A stretch of 63,623 nucleotides of DNA, filler included, from Octopus bimaculoides (GCF_001194135.2; 7 parts of 7 records of this genome joined end to end with filler, not necessarily neighbours in it), one strand, 5' to 3'; positions 49,591-62,868 are shown, numbered from the whole stretch's first letter. Made by a program: numbers and translations. The notes: generated by a model from the sequence alone, not told the origin.

Positions 49591-51000
49591 AATTTGCAAA
49601 TATTTCATTTGAAACGAAGGCATCGTGCTGGCCGAATCGTTAGCACAACGAGCAAAATGCTTAGCGGCATTTCATTCGTTTTAACGTTCTGAGTTCAAAT
49701 TCCACCCTGGTCTACTTCGCCTTTCGAAGTTGATAAAAATAAGTACCAGTTGAGTACTGGGGTCGGAGAAATCGACTTTTCCCCTCATCCGAAGTTGCTG
49801 ACCTTGTGACAAAATTTGAAACCAATATTTCATTTGAAATTCGACATATTCAGAGCCCAAAGTCTATAGCCACGTTATCGATAACTAACAAAACCACATA
49901 GCACTTTGCTGACTGTGCTTTGACCGTTGTCACAGATTATTGTCATACAAACTAGAACGAGAGTGGACTTTGTTGTGGTCAGTGTTATTGTTGTCGTCGT
50001 CGTTGACCATCCACCCCATTTCTTTCAGTTCGTAAAAGACTGCAATGTCCAACGTGTCCTTTACTTATTGTAGGCCGTAGCACGTAATTTGAAGGAGATT
50101 TGGTTGCTATTTCTAACACCATTACAACATTCAGTATGTTGTTTCCCTTTTTAAGACGATATGGGATGGTAATTTGAGGGAGGCTTCGTTGTTGTTTCTA
50201 ATACTATTAAAATATTTAATGAGTCATTTCCGTTATTTCAGACGGTAGGATGTAATTTGAGGGAGAATTAGTTGCTATTTCTAGCAACACTGCAGCATCC
50301 TACATGTTGTTTACGTTATTTAAGGCACTAGAGAGTTTACAAAGGAGGGTTTAAACTGAAGCAAAGCAGGATATCATTGCTATTTTTATAACTAATATCG
50401 ATCTAACTAATCCTTCCTATAGGATCCGAAACAGTAACTTCTTTACTTATATTATATCGTGGCAGAATCGTTAACGCGCAGGACAAAATGCTTAGCGGCA
50501 TTTCGTCCGTCTTTACATTCTGAGTTCAAATTCCGCCGAGGTCGACTTTGCTTTTCATTCTTTTGGGGTCGATAAAATAAGTACCACTGGGGTAGATCTT
50601 ATCGATTTATCTCTCCCCCGAAATTCCTGACCTGGTGCCAAAACTTGAAAGTGTTATATCTGTGATGGTGGGATGTGATGTATGAACTTATAACGTGGAT
50701 GTATGAAAACTCCACGTTTGAAATTGAAATAGCCGCTTCCCACGTTAATCAATACCAGGACACAGATTCCTGTGGGTGTTTTTAATCCCAAATCAGTTTT
50801 GTTTATGCAGACCGAGGATCAAAGACGTTCTAGCATTAACCAAATCATTTAAATTTGCCGGATTACTTTATCTTATGTGCGATTTAAAAGAGATTTAGAT
50901 GTTATTCCAAAAGCAGCTCAAGCGACCACAAGGAAATTTCGCCGTTAGTATAATACCCCCTCGGTTAATTAATAATATTAATGATATATATATATATATT

Positions 51001-51580
51001 TACGGGGTGCGTAAGATATTTGAGGACAGATTTATGTGTATAAGAAAAAACACAGGTATATAATAAAATATAATAACTTTATTTAGCAAAAATGCTATAA
51101 GGATAAAATAAACCTTCTTTTCTATAATGTTATTCAACAATTGCTTCTATATGAGATTTAAATCATCTACATCCTTGAATCAAGTGGTCCTGATTTATTC
51201 TGGACATTACTCTGACTATGGCAGCTTTCAAAGAATCTTTGGTGTTATGGGTGTGTTCATTGACCTCTCTCTCAACAACGTTCCACATGTAATAGTCCAA
51301 TGGACTGAGATCTGGGGAATTAGGAGGCCAAATGTTGGGGGTTATGTTGTCAGGAAATTTTTCAGCCATCCATTCCTGTGTTACAAGAGCCATGTGTGAT
51401 AGTGCAGAGTCTTACTGAAACACATATGGCCTGCCATTGCATACACTGTCTATCCACGGCTTAACAATTACTTCCATCACCTCAATGTATGCGGCAGAGT
51501 TAACTAGCCTTTGTGGAAAGAAGTAAGGAGACATCACATGTCCTTCATTTCTGACAACTACGTTGACTCGGTGCTAGCTC
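51001..51580 (-). mobile_element. DD37D (maT-type) Tc1/mariner 3' fragment
   Basis: YVFQ*DSALSH...WPPNSPDLSPLDYYMW, with 37 residues counted between the second and third Asp. Probable terminal repeat tacggggtgcgtaagatatttgaggaca at ~51001. Confidence 0.85.
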
Positions 51581-51711
51581 GCCATTCTCCCTGAGGGGAG
51601 GGGATCATTTTTACATGGGTACAGCAAGACCAGGGATTCGGAGGGGTACAGCAAGACCAGGGATTTTGGAGCTAGGGGGTGAAATCAATTGCAATCAATC
51701 TCGGAAATATA

Positions 51712-52050
51712 AAAGGCGATATAATAATCAGTGGTTAGAGTGTCGAGCTCACAATCATGAGGTTGTGAGCTCGATTCCCGGAATGGGCTGTGTGTTGTAT
51801 CCTTGAGCAAGACACTTTATTTCACGTTGCTCCAGTTCACTCATCTGTAGAAATGAGCTGTGACGTCATCGGTGCCAAGCTGTATCGGTCCCTTTGCCTT
51901 TCACTTGGATAACATCAGTGGTGTGGAGAGGAGAGGCTGGTATGCAGGGGCGACTGCTGTTCTTCCATAAACAACCTTGTTAAGACTTGTGCCTCAGAGG
52001 GGAGCCTTCTAGGTGCAATCCCATGGTCATTCATGACTGAAGGGTTTTTT
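51712..52050 (+). mobile_element. SINE family E, tRNA head plus CORE-like domain
   Basis: A-box cagtggttagagtg and B-box gagctcgattccc, then ccttgagcaagacactttatttcacgttgctccagttcactcatctgtagaaatgag, resembling the CORE domain (recalled consensus). Confidence 0.75.
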
Positions 52051-53569
52051 TATAATAATCCTTTCTAATTTTGGCACAGGGCCAGTAATTTTGAGAGGAG
52101 GGGCAAAGTCGGTAACATGAACCCCTTGTAATTGACTAGTACTTATTTTATCGACCCTGGCAGAATGGAAAGCAAAGCTGACCTCCCTGGAACTAGAACT
52201 CAGATGCAAAAAGCCTGGAAGAAATGCTGCTAAGCATTTTGTCCGACATGCTAACTATTCTTCCAGCTCACCACCTTAAAAGTTAATATAATAATCCTTT
52301 CTTCTATAGGCACAAAGCTTGAAGTTTTGGGGTAAGGGAATAACCAACCCCAGTCCTCAGCAGCTACTTATTTACAGACTCCGAAAGGATGAAAGGCAAA
52401 GATGACCTTGACGGAATATGAACTCAAAGCAAGACGAAATGCCGCTAAGCATTTTGTTCGACGCTCCAACGATTCTGCAAGGCCTGAAATTTAAGGGACG
52501 GGATGAGTCGATTACGTCGACCCCAATATTCAAGTGATACTTATTTTATCGACGGACAAAATGTCGCTAAGCATTTTGCATACGTGAGTATGTATGTGCA
52601 TACACACACATACACACACACACACACGTTTGTAGGATGGCAGTCCACTTGTATATGAGGAACCCATCCCTGACAAAAATCTCCAAAAGTCATGCAGAAA
52701 TTTTAAGCTCCAATGCGGTATACATATACAGAACCTTACACATCGTCTCTTCCATTTTGTCATGATCCAGAGAAAAGCCGAGACAAGATACCTGATGTCG
52801 AATATATTTGAAACCCCCAAGGCTCGTTTGAGCTTAAACTTTTTTTGATTGGACGAGACCCTTTCCCTGCACAACATCTCTATCAGAGTAATCTGCTCCT
52901 AATGACATGAATTAAAGAAAAGTTAGTCTCAACGAGGTGGCAGAATCGTTAGCACACCGGACAAAATGGTTAGCAATTTAATCGTAGGTTTGCTCAAAGA
53001 CAACTCAAAAACGCTCAAGCCATAACCATCCCGTTTATTTTTATTTTTGTATGGCCAGAACTACATTATTTAGTGGAACTTAACAAAAAAAACTCCACAA
53101 AAGACTGCGACAAAACTGGTAGTGTGTCATTTGAGAGGGATACGGCTATTCTTTCTAGTAGACCATACGATGTCAAGGTTACCTCATCGGTTGGTTGGCG
53201 GTCCAACCTTCCGTGTTCTTTTACAGGGCTTAGAAAAACTGATGGACTGTTGCAATGAGTATATGAATCTGAGAGGGGAAATATGTTGAATTAAATCATA
53301 ATTAACTGATCCTCTTGTATCTTCTTTTACCCAAAGCCAGGAAATTTTCAATCTCCTCTTCCCCCCCATCCCTCGTATGAAGTACATAAATATATATACA
53401 TAAATATATATATACATAAATATATATACATGTATATATACATAAATATATATATACATACATATATATATACATATATAAATACATACATATAAATATA
53501 TATACATATAGACATGCATATATATATATATATATACATATATACATACATATATATACGTACATACAT

Positions 53570-53606
<37 letters not shown>

Positions 53607-53706
53607 NNNNNNNNNNNNNNNNNNNNNNNNNNNNNNNNNNNNNNNNNNNNTTAATTAATTAANNNNNNNNNNNNNNNNNNNNNNNNNNNNNNNNNNNNNN
53701 NNNNNN

Positions 53707-54340
53707 AACCGGGCCACATTAAGAAGAACTGTTCCCAGGACCAAAGTAAGGCCCTGGAATAGTTAGTAGCAAAGGAATCTACTCCTCCCCAGTCGGAGGG
53801 GGAGATAGAAATGGTTGAGGAGGTGGAAACCTCCTCAAAAAAGGACGTAAGAGAAAGAAGGCGGGCAACAATGGCTGCCCACTGAATGCTGCGGAAGGGA
53901 GGGAAGATCTTCCGGATAAAACGGAAGAACTCCACCCTCCCATAGCATAAGGGAAGAGAAAGAAAAAGAATGGGACGTTGCCGGCATGTCCTGAAACCCC
54001 GTCGGTGGGAATTGTGCCACCGACGGAGGCCTCTTCCATTGTGATGGAGGAAGAATTTGTGGTCTTCTTCCACAGAACCACGTCAAGAAGTTAGGAAAAA
54101 AGGCCAGAGGGAAGGGGTTCTGACTGCACTGAGGACCCCGATTGGCCTCCGCAGGTAGCTGCAGAGGTCATTTGAGAGGAGGACTTATGCAGAATAATGA
54201 ACTCTTTCCCCGAGGATATACACAGAATGGCGCTAAAGTGTCCCGAATTAGCACCTGTGAGGTGCTTGAAGGAGGCAAGAAGCCTGGTTGGGAAGAGAGG
54301 TAATAGGCTTTAGTGCTTCGATTTGTAACTATTGTTGAAA
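53707..54340 (+). mobile_element. L1/Tx1-like ORF1 C-terminal fragment
   Basis: GHIKKNC (end of a CCHC knuckle) followed by a GC-rich charged low-complexity tail with stops. Confidence 0.45.
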
Positions 54341-54989
54341 CTTTTTGCAAAAAAGGTAAGAGGCCTAGTGCCTCATTTGGTAAGGACGATTGTGTTCATT
54401 TTTTGAACTATTGTAAGAAGTTTAATACCTCATTCTGTGTTTTTGGGTAAACAAAAAGAGAACAATGTTTTCGGGAAGCAGCAATCGGCGGGCGTTGTCT
54501 GCCTTCCCCCACCAATCATTTTTTCATGTTTCATTCATTTTCATTTTGTATTGTCCAGCCCGCAGCCACTACTTCTTTGTAAGGCTCTCGTAGCCAATTT
54601 TTATGAAATAAAGTAGCTTGCTTACCAACCATTTTATGCTGTTGCATCATTTTTCGGAGTAAAAATTGGCCAGCAGAGTTGTTGTTGTTGTTCTTGTTGA
54701 AGTTGAAGTTTGAAACATAGTCAGGTGACAGGTATTCTTCTTTCAAGAAATTTTTCCTCAACTTTAAAACCTGATTCTAATTGAGGTTGCTAATAAAACA
54801 TCTGGATAATCAAATATTCTATTCTCTGTTGGATTTCAAGTCAATTTTTTGCTACACTAATGTCTAATTTGATAATTTTCAATTTTCAAAAAATGGTGCG
54901 TAAATATATCGGGAAGAGAGCCACTTCAGTAGACCATGAAGAAACTATAGAGAATATTTTATGTTGAGTATTTAGTCGAGTTTCGTTAA

Positions 54990-55880
54990 TTTCATATCAT
55001 GTGCCATTTTTTTCCTGAGCAGGTGTGGTCACCGCTCGTAAGGTTTTTCTTGTTGCAATTGACCTCCCTACGGGATTTAGGTCCATGGATCAGGCGTAGA
55101 CCTAGACTGGATGATTGGCAACTAGAGTGCCGACAGGCACTCACGCTACTCCCCCGAACGGACAGTGCCGGTGGTTGGAGTTCCACCGCGGATTTCTATA
55201 GCGGGCTGGTAGAGTTTATGTCAGACAATGTCTTGCGGGAGACTCTGGGCTTCGACGGAAATCAGCTGATCAACCTGTTCGGAAGAACTTTCGGGTCGGG
55301 GTATCTGGATAATTAGCAGAAATCCCTGGCCTGGTTGTGTTACGGGTTCATCTTACCTGTTCGAGAAAGACTATCAAGGCATGGTTTTGCCATCTCATGC
55401 CCGAGGTGCAGGCGGGACGGCGAAACTGTTCTGCACGCCTTCGTGCAGTGTGCAGAAATCAGGGAACTAATGGCCTATATCGAACAGCTGTTGTCGACGA
55501 TGGGAAAAGTACAGCTATCGGCTGAATCTGTTATCAAGATTGTGCCGCCCTTCTCCCTTATCAGGGAGAGGAAGGCCTGTTTTCTCTGCGTAGTAGCCAT
55601 ACTGAAAGAGACAGTTTGGAGAACGCGTGAAAGTGGGATCGCGACAGGTACCTTCATCTCCGGCCGAGGGCTGGTTAGTTATTTCAACTACCACCTCAAT
55701 AGTGAAATCCGGCTGGAGAAGAGATACCTGTCACATAGTACGTTTGTAAAACGATGGACGGCTGTAGAGAGAATGCTACGAACGAATGAAACTGGCTAGG
55801 TATAGCTATCTGTTAGAGGAAAAGGGAAACATCGGACAACGGCGGTGGGTTAATCACCCCGACAAATTGTAAAAATTTGA
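54990..55880 (+). mobile_element. L1/Tx1-clade LINE ORF2 3' end
   Basis: QKSLAWLCYGFILPVRERLSRHG...CPRCRRDGETVLHAFVQC (zf-RVT-type)...KETVWRTRE...FVKRW, plus a short 3' UTR. Confidence 0.85.
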
Positions 55881-56014
55881 AATTTTTAAACTTGTATTAT
55901 TTCACTCGACTTCTAAAATTCACTCGATTTCATTACACTGTTAATCGTTCGATGTAAAACACACTGTACACATTTGTCTTTCCTTGTATTGTCCCCTCCA
56001 TGTTGGGCCCTGTG

Positions 56015-59000
56015 TGTCCAATAAAAGAAATACGTTGTGGTGTGTGCAGGCGCTTTGTGAAGACAGTCGTAAAGTCGTTGAGAAGGGATATTGTTTGTTA
56101 CGTGTTGTTTCTGACTTACATTTGTTTTGTTATAAGTGTATGTCATAAAGTGACATATACAGCGAGTTCAAAGACGGACACAACAGTAGTGACGAGACAT
56201 TCGAAGCTCACGGTGGACGTTCTTAGCATGGAAGACATATTAGCTTCCGTAGTTCAGATGCAACGGAAACTACAGCAGCAACAATAAGAACAACAGAAAC
56301 AGTAAGAACAAGTGCTACAACAACAACAGAAACACCAAGAACACGTACAACAGCAGCAGCAACAACAACAACAGTTGTTGGAATTGTTGCAATCAAAAAA
56401 CACGTCAGGTTTGTTTTCGGCAGACGCGGTTGCTAATTTAATTGAAGAATTCATGTATAATCTAGAAGAAGGGATTGCGTTTTTTGCATACTTCAGAAGG
56501 TATAAAGGAATCTTCAAGGAAGAGTGTAAAAGCTGGACGGACGAAAAGAAGGTATGTCTTCTTTTAATGAAATTATCACCAGCAGATCATGAAGAATTTT
56601 GTATCGCTAGGAGTGTTTGAATTAAGAAAAAAGAAACGGAAAATTTCATCACGAATGCTGGAATCATAAATAGAGAATGTAAAAAATTTAAACTCGACAA
56701 ATTAAGCCCAGACATGTTTAAATGTTTAATCTTTGTACAAGGATTATCGGCAAGTAAAGATGCAGAGATAAGAGCTCGAATATTGACAAAGCTTGAACAA
56801 GATTCAAAACTAACCCTATAAATAATGGCTGAAGAATGACAAAGAATTATAAATCCATGACAGGACGCAGAAAAAAATTGAAAACAATTATTCAAATATA
56901 CATACGTGTCGACCGGTAACAGATACGAAAAAAGAAAAACAACGGGGCAATACCCAAACCATGCTATGGGTGTGGAGAAATATATTTTAAAAGAAACCGT
57001 CCTTTTAAGAATCTAAAATGTTTTGAATGTGGAAAACTTGGACACAAGAATTCACATTGTTGGGTGAAACGAAAAAGGTCAGACGAAAAATATTCGAAAA
57101 AAAAGTATTGTCAACACAAATGCAAAGCGAGGCACAAAAAAGAGAATTTGTCTCTATAAAAATAAATAATGTGAATACGAGACTACACAGGTAGTGACAT
57201 TACAATAATTAACGAGGATACATGGATAAAAATATAGGAAGACCTACATTGAAAAAAACTGCGAAAATAGCGAGAGGCATCTCAGGAAAACAATTACGAT
57301 TAGTGAGGTAACATTCGTATTTTCTTTATTATAAGCACAAAACCTTAATATAGAAGGGACACCAGAAGGACAGATAACACAAAACGTGGGGTGCATACAG
57401 CAATTAACGAATGGATTATGAGTTATGAAAATAATGATAATGCAATGGCTTTCCTACCCACCAAAGTAGGAAGTTCCATTTTACTGTTTTTAAAATCAGT
57501 AATTATTTCCAGTTTGTATCGTGTTCACGTCATAAAATCTATCAACTCCTCGATGGTAATTCGTCATATCTAAATCGTAAAGCTGTTATCTCTATCCTGT
57601 CTCCAAATATTTTTCTCGATCCTCCTGCTCTCTCATCTTCCAGCAACACTGCTTTCACCTTCCGGTTCTCCTCCTTGTCGGCCAGCTTAACCTTTATCAC
57701 GCCTTTCATCTTGGAAATTCTTTTCTCTATTTCCACGCTGTTTCCGTACTGCACCATCACTCATTCGTATTTCCCCTTCGGTGGCTTTCTCGGCTGTATC
57801 ACTTCACTCTCTGCCCATGTTGCTAGAGTTCCCATCTCTATTTGTTGCTCCTTCTCACTTTCTAGTCTCTTCTTTTGTCTTTCCTCCTCCCTGCTTGTTG
57901 AAGGCTCTGGTCTTTGCGTTCGTTCTACCGTTGATTCCTCATTTTTTTTTCTTTTTTCCTTTTCCTCCGCCTTTCTTTTCTTTTTAGGTGGAGATTCGAT
58001 GTTTTTTCTCTTCTTTTCTACCACTGTAAACTCCTTTTCCTCCCCTGCCGTTACAATCTCTTCTTCCCGACTCTCTTTCCCCGCCTCCTCCTGTTGGTGG
58101 TTCTGGGAACACTTGGCTTTCGTGTGACTCCTTACTCAACATGCAAAACATATTGGAGGTCTACCTTCCACAATAATTCTCAGCCTGGTTTCGTCTGGTA
58201 AAACGAGTTCTTCAACAATCTTATGGAGGTCTGGTAGGCTGATATGGACAATTACCTCCAGCCCATATCCCCATCAGTTCACCTCCACATTCTTCAGCAT
58301 TTTTAGGACTTCTGCGTCTTCTTCTGTATTGTAGAGGATGGTTGCCACAAGCCATGCCTCATCAATTTCGGGGGGCACTCTCCCTATCCTCACTCTGGCC
58401 ACACGTCTGCCACAGTAAGTAGATTTCAAGGCTACGGTGGAGTATTTCTTTGCTTCGTTCTCATTGACGAAGCGTACCTCCACCCTGCCGAACTTTCGTC
58501 CTCTGCTGTAGAACGTGGTTATTTCTTTTATATCTCTTTTAAGCATTCCAATACCGCTTCTACGGCTGTTATCTCCACCGTCTTTGCTGCTATATTCAAC
58601 GTTCTATATGCGATGGTTTTCCTTTCTGTATTCTCCGTCACTTCTTTCGGGGGTGTCAGCCTTAAACAGCCTCCCTCCTTCTTCAATAAGGTGTTAAACT
58701 TCTTGAAGTCCCTGTCCTTGACTTCCAATTCACGTATCTGCAGTGGCTCAGCTGACAGGCTTTTGCCCGTCAGTGCAGCATAACTGCTTGTTTGTACCTG
58801 TGTATTCATAATCACGTTGTTCACCGCTTCACCCATAAATGAGGAAAACAAATAAAATTTTCAACAAATTCAAACAATCACAAATTCAAACAGTCACAAT
58901 ATTCAACAATTCAGTAATCAAGTAATAAAACAATAACTCACATAGGAGCGAAATCTAGCACAACAGCTCAAGGGTCAAATGTATCCCGTATGTGAAGTAA

Positions 59001-59955
59001 CATTTCGTGGGAAAACTTTGAAGGCTAAAGTTTTTGTATAAAAAAATACGACGAAGCTCTTTGGCACAGACTGGATAGAATTGTTTAATTCATGGAACTT
59101 CCCCATAAAAATTTCTTGCAATAATGTAAATGGTTATAATGCCAGTTCAAATAAGGTGGCAGAGGATTTAAAAAAGAAATTGAAAAAGATTTTTCCTGAT
59201 GTTTTTTGGAAGAATTAGGTAAATGTACCAAGACAAAAGTAAAATTTCAAGTAAAAGAAAACGCCGTACCGGTGTTTAAACCGAAGCAAGCTGAACCTTT
59301 CGTGGCATTGAATCAAGTCAGCGAGGAATTAGTCAGCCTTGAAAAACTGGGAGTTATAGAAAAGGTTGATTATTCAGAACGAGCAGCACCAACTGTTTGT
59401 GTAAAGAAAAAACAATAACAAAATACGAGTATGCATGGATTTTTCAACAGGTTAGAACGAATGTTTAAGGACATACAATTATCCACTACCAAGCTCAGAG
59501 GAAATTTTTGCGAAACTCAATGGAGGAAAATTATTCTCAAAATTGGACTTGTTGGGGGAGTATTTACAGTTGCAAGTCGAGGAAGAATGTTTGAAATTAT
59601 TAACGATAAACATTCATAAAGGTGGTAATAAAGATAATAGATAAAAGAAAAATATTGACTTCCAACAAAAGTCAAACTCAAAAAGAAGAGATGTTGTGGT
59701 GAAATCCTGACACCCTTGTGAGGTAGCAAGTCAACTTTCCTAAACCGTTTAAAGGGGCATGCATGCTCTCAGTAAAGGACAGTGTGGTGGGTGCAGGCGC
59801 TTTATGAAGACAGTCGTAGAAGTCTTTGGGAAGAGATATTGTTTGTTCTATGTTGTTTCTGATATATATTTGTATTGTTGTAACCTTGTTATAAATCCAT
59901 GTTATAAAGTAGCACATACAGCGAGTTCAAAGAAGGACATAATAGTGTCGACGAG
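56015..59955 (+). mobile_element. Internally deleted Gypsy (Mag-like) LTR retrotransposon, interrupted by a LINE-derived insert
   Basis: LTR-like repeats at ~56015-56185 and 59692-59944; PBS gtagtgacgag at 56186. Gag (IEEFMYNLEEGIAFFAYFRRY; CYGCG...CFECGKLGHKNSHC), protease (TGSDITII), and RT N-terminus (PVFKPK...LEKLGVIEKVDYSERAAPTV...YPLPSSEEIFAKLNGGK). No RNaseH or integrase before the PPT at 59680-59691. Confidence 0.85.
57319..58990 (-). mobile_element. ORF1-only L1/Tx1-like retroelement nested in the Gypsy protease
   Basis: Frameshifted ORF1 (SYAALT...GRVEVRF...RVRIGRVPP...GRPPICFAC..GHTKAKC, KE-rich tail) ending at 57542, a ~220-nt 3' UTR, and AATAAA-GAAAA at 57330-57320. No ORF2. Confidence 0.7.
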
Positions 59956-59984
59956 ACAAAACACACACACATTTATATATATAA

Positions 59985-60043
<59 letters not shown>

Positions 60044-60143
60044 NNNNNNNNNNNNNNNNNNNNNNNNNNNNNNNNNNNNNNNNNNNNTTAATTAATTAAN
60101 NNNNNNNNNNNNNNNNNNNNNNNNNNNNNNNNNNNNNNNNNNN

Positions 60144-60365
60144 CTCTCTCTCTCTCTCTCTCGATTTCTCTCTCTCGATTTCTCTCTCTCGATTTCTCTC
60201 TCTCGATTTCTCTCTCTCGATTTCTCTCTCTCGATTTCTCTCTCTCTCTCTCGATTTCCCTCTCTCTCGATTTCCCTCTCTCTCTATCTCACGATTCCCC
60301 CTCTCTCTCTCTCTCTCTCGATTTCCCTCTCTCTCTCAATTCCCCCCTCTCTCTCTCGATTTCCA
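60144..60365. repeat. (CT)n-derived 14-bp minisatellite ctctctctcgattt
   Basis: About a dozen units, directly visible. Confidence 0.9.
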
Positions 60366-61601
60366 TCTGTTTCTTTCTCTATCCTTCTTTCACCTCCCTC
60401 CCTCTTTCTCTCTCTCTGCATCGGCTATGACTTCAGACGTCAGCGCTCATGGTTTTACACGAATAAATCAGAAGGATACAGCACCGATTACCTCTTGCTC
60501 CTTATTGTATTTCCTAAACAATTTCCTAGTCTTTAGTTTCCTTGTGATTATCTTGAGGCGGAACACCTCAGTAACACTTAAGCAAGAGCACTAATTCATA
60601 ATATTCAAGCATAACATTGAATAAGGATTACTATATCAGTGATTGGTTGTTTGTAACTCTCGGGTAATTTTGTTTCATTAATATATTTTGATACTCTAAA
60701 TCCATTAAAAGTTTTTCACTGCAACATATACATAACTTTGTGCATTCTCAAAGAAAATGAAGAATATTTACACACTTATTGACCTTCCAGTATTTGACCA
60801 AACTTGTTATCCTTTGATTAAACGGCCACGACACTGGTGCCGATCTATCTCGTCCGTTGCTTTTCATTCGACAAAATGGATGAGAGGCGGAGAGTGTGAC
60901 GTACGCATAGCAATCTGCTGGACTTCATCAAAAATTTAAGTATTCTCGGCTCAACCATGGCTGTGCGGTTAAGAAGCTCCCTCTGCTTCGAATTCGTCCC
61001 GGAACCTTGCAATTCAGTCGGAATCTTGATCAAGTGACTTCTAAGATAGTTACAAATGAATGATAAAATGTCCAGTCCTACTCGTTTATCAGTAAGTCCC
61101 CATGTGCATGCATAAGATCAAATGAAACCGACAGAGGCCTTATTGTGTAATTTGAGAGAGAAAAAGAGATTTGCTTATTATATCTACCAGAACTATTGAT
61201 CACGTAAATATTCCGTGGTGGGCAGTTCAACCAATGAAAGCTACGGAGAGAATACTCTATTTTTCTGATGACACGAAGACGTAGAGCAAACGAAACAATT
61301 TTTATCAATTGGCTTGTTTTAATGAGGTCAACCTACCGCGAGAAAGCAGAGAGTGATTGTATGTTGTCATTCATTACAATTCTAACTCTTTTTTCCCCCA
61401 CTTAACATCGTAAATGAAGAGCAGTAAACATCATAGACTGATGAGCTGCATTTAATGTGATGAATGCGATCAAGGAACATCAGTAAGTAGCTGCTGAATA
61501 AATGTTTCAAAAGTATTAATTTGAAAAGACCTTGCGTTACATTTCCCACGCCGATGTTTATGGCATTTCAGTATATAGCCAACGACACACACACACACAC
61601 A

Positions 61602-61668
<67 letters not shown>

Positions 61669-61698
61669 GTATGTACGTGTGGTATCATTCTCTATTTA

Positions 61699-61748
<50 letters not shown>

Positions 61749-61979
61749 NNNNNNNNNNNNNNNNNNNNNNNNNNNNNNNNNNNNNNNNNNNNNNNNNNNN
61801 NNNNNNNNNNNNNNNNNNNNNNNNNNNNNNNNNNNNNNNNNNNNNNNNNNNNNNNNNNNNNNNNNNNNNNNNNNNNNNNNNNNNNNNNNNNNNNNNNNNN
61901 NNNNNNNNNNNNNNNNNNNNNNNNNNNNNNNNNNNNNNNNNNNNNNNNNNNNNNNNNNNNNNNNNNNNNNNNNNNNNNN

Positions 61980-62037
<58 letters not shown>

Positions 62038-62822
62038 TAAGAGATAGAGAGACTAAGTACTTTTCTCTCCTACTTTCGTCTTCTTACAAGCTATTGTTCA
62101 ACCCCTAACAAGGCAGCAATGAGTGAGCTCATTTGATGCGATATCTGTCGTATTTCCGCTTCCCAAAAGAATTAAGCAGTAGTCAAATGAAAGTCCGCCT
62201 TCGCCTGTAATGAAAGACATATATATATATAAATATATACGTATAAAAATTTAATGGACTCAAAAAAAGTAAGATGCAGTGATATGTATGATGTAATACG
62301 TGTAACTTTCCGCTTTTTTTATTGCTATGTATTGGGTTTTACTAACAATGATATTTTACTTGCTAAAAATACAAGTATAATACCGTGCACATACTTAGAT
62401 TAGAAAGACAGTTACGCACATATCAATATGATAAGTAGGTAACATTCGAGCAGTTATTCACATTTGAAATATAATGAAGGGAGGATGAAAGCAAAAAATA
62501 AGATATTTATAGAAAAGAAATACATTTCTTATAATTGAAATCGAAGATAAATTGTCGCCTGAAAAAATGGTGTCTAGAATTGTCAAGTATTAATGATAGC
62601 ACTGGCAACTATTTTGGTGAAGAATCTTCTCAAGTAAGATAGCATTAAGATAATAATAGCAGAAAATTTGAAAAGGTTCGGTGACGTTAATTACGCACCA
62701 AGTTGAATCCAATAACATAGTGAGACATCTTCCATCAATTGGCTGCTGATAGTATTAAAGAAGGGTAGCAGCAATATGGTTATTTTTACATGACAGGAAA
62801 TATCAATGCAGCCGAAATAGTA

Positions 62823-62868
<46 letters not shown>

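Noticed and set aside
61436-61490. actgatgag...catcagt inverted repeat
   Set aside because: No GAAA half-core, and a 7-bp inverted repeat is expected by chance.
41-62108. Most long ORFs in the supplied track (poly-I/N, YI, CV, HT, X-containing)
   Set aside because: They arise from microsatellites and N gaps that lack stop codons, and show no protein-family motifs.
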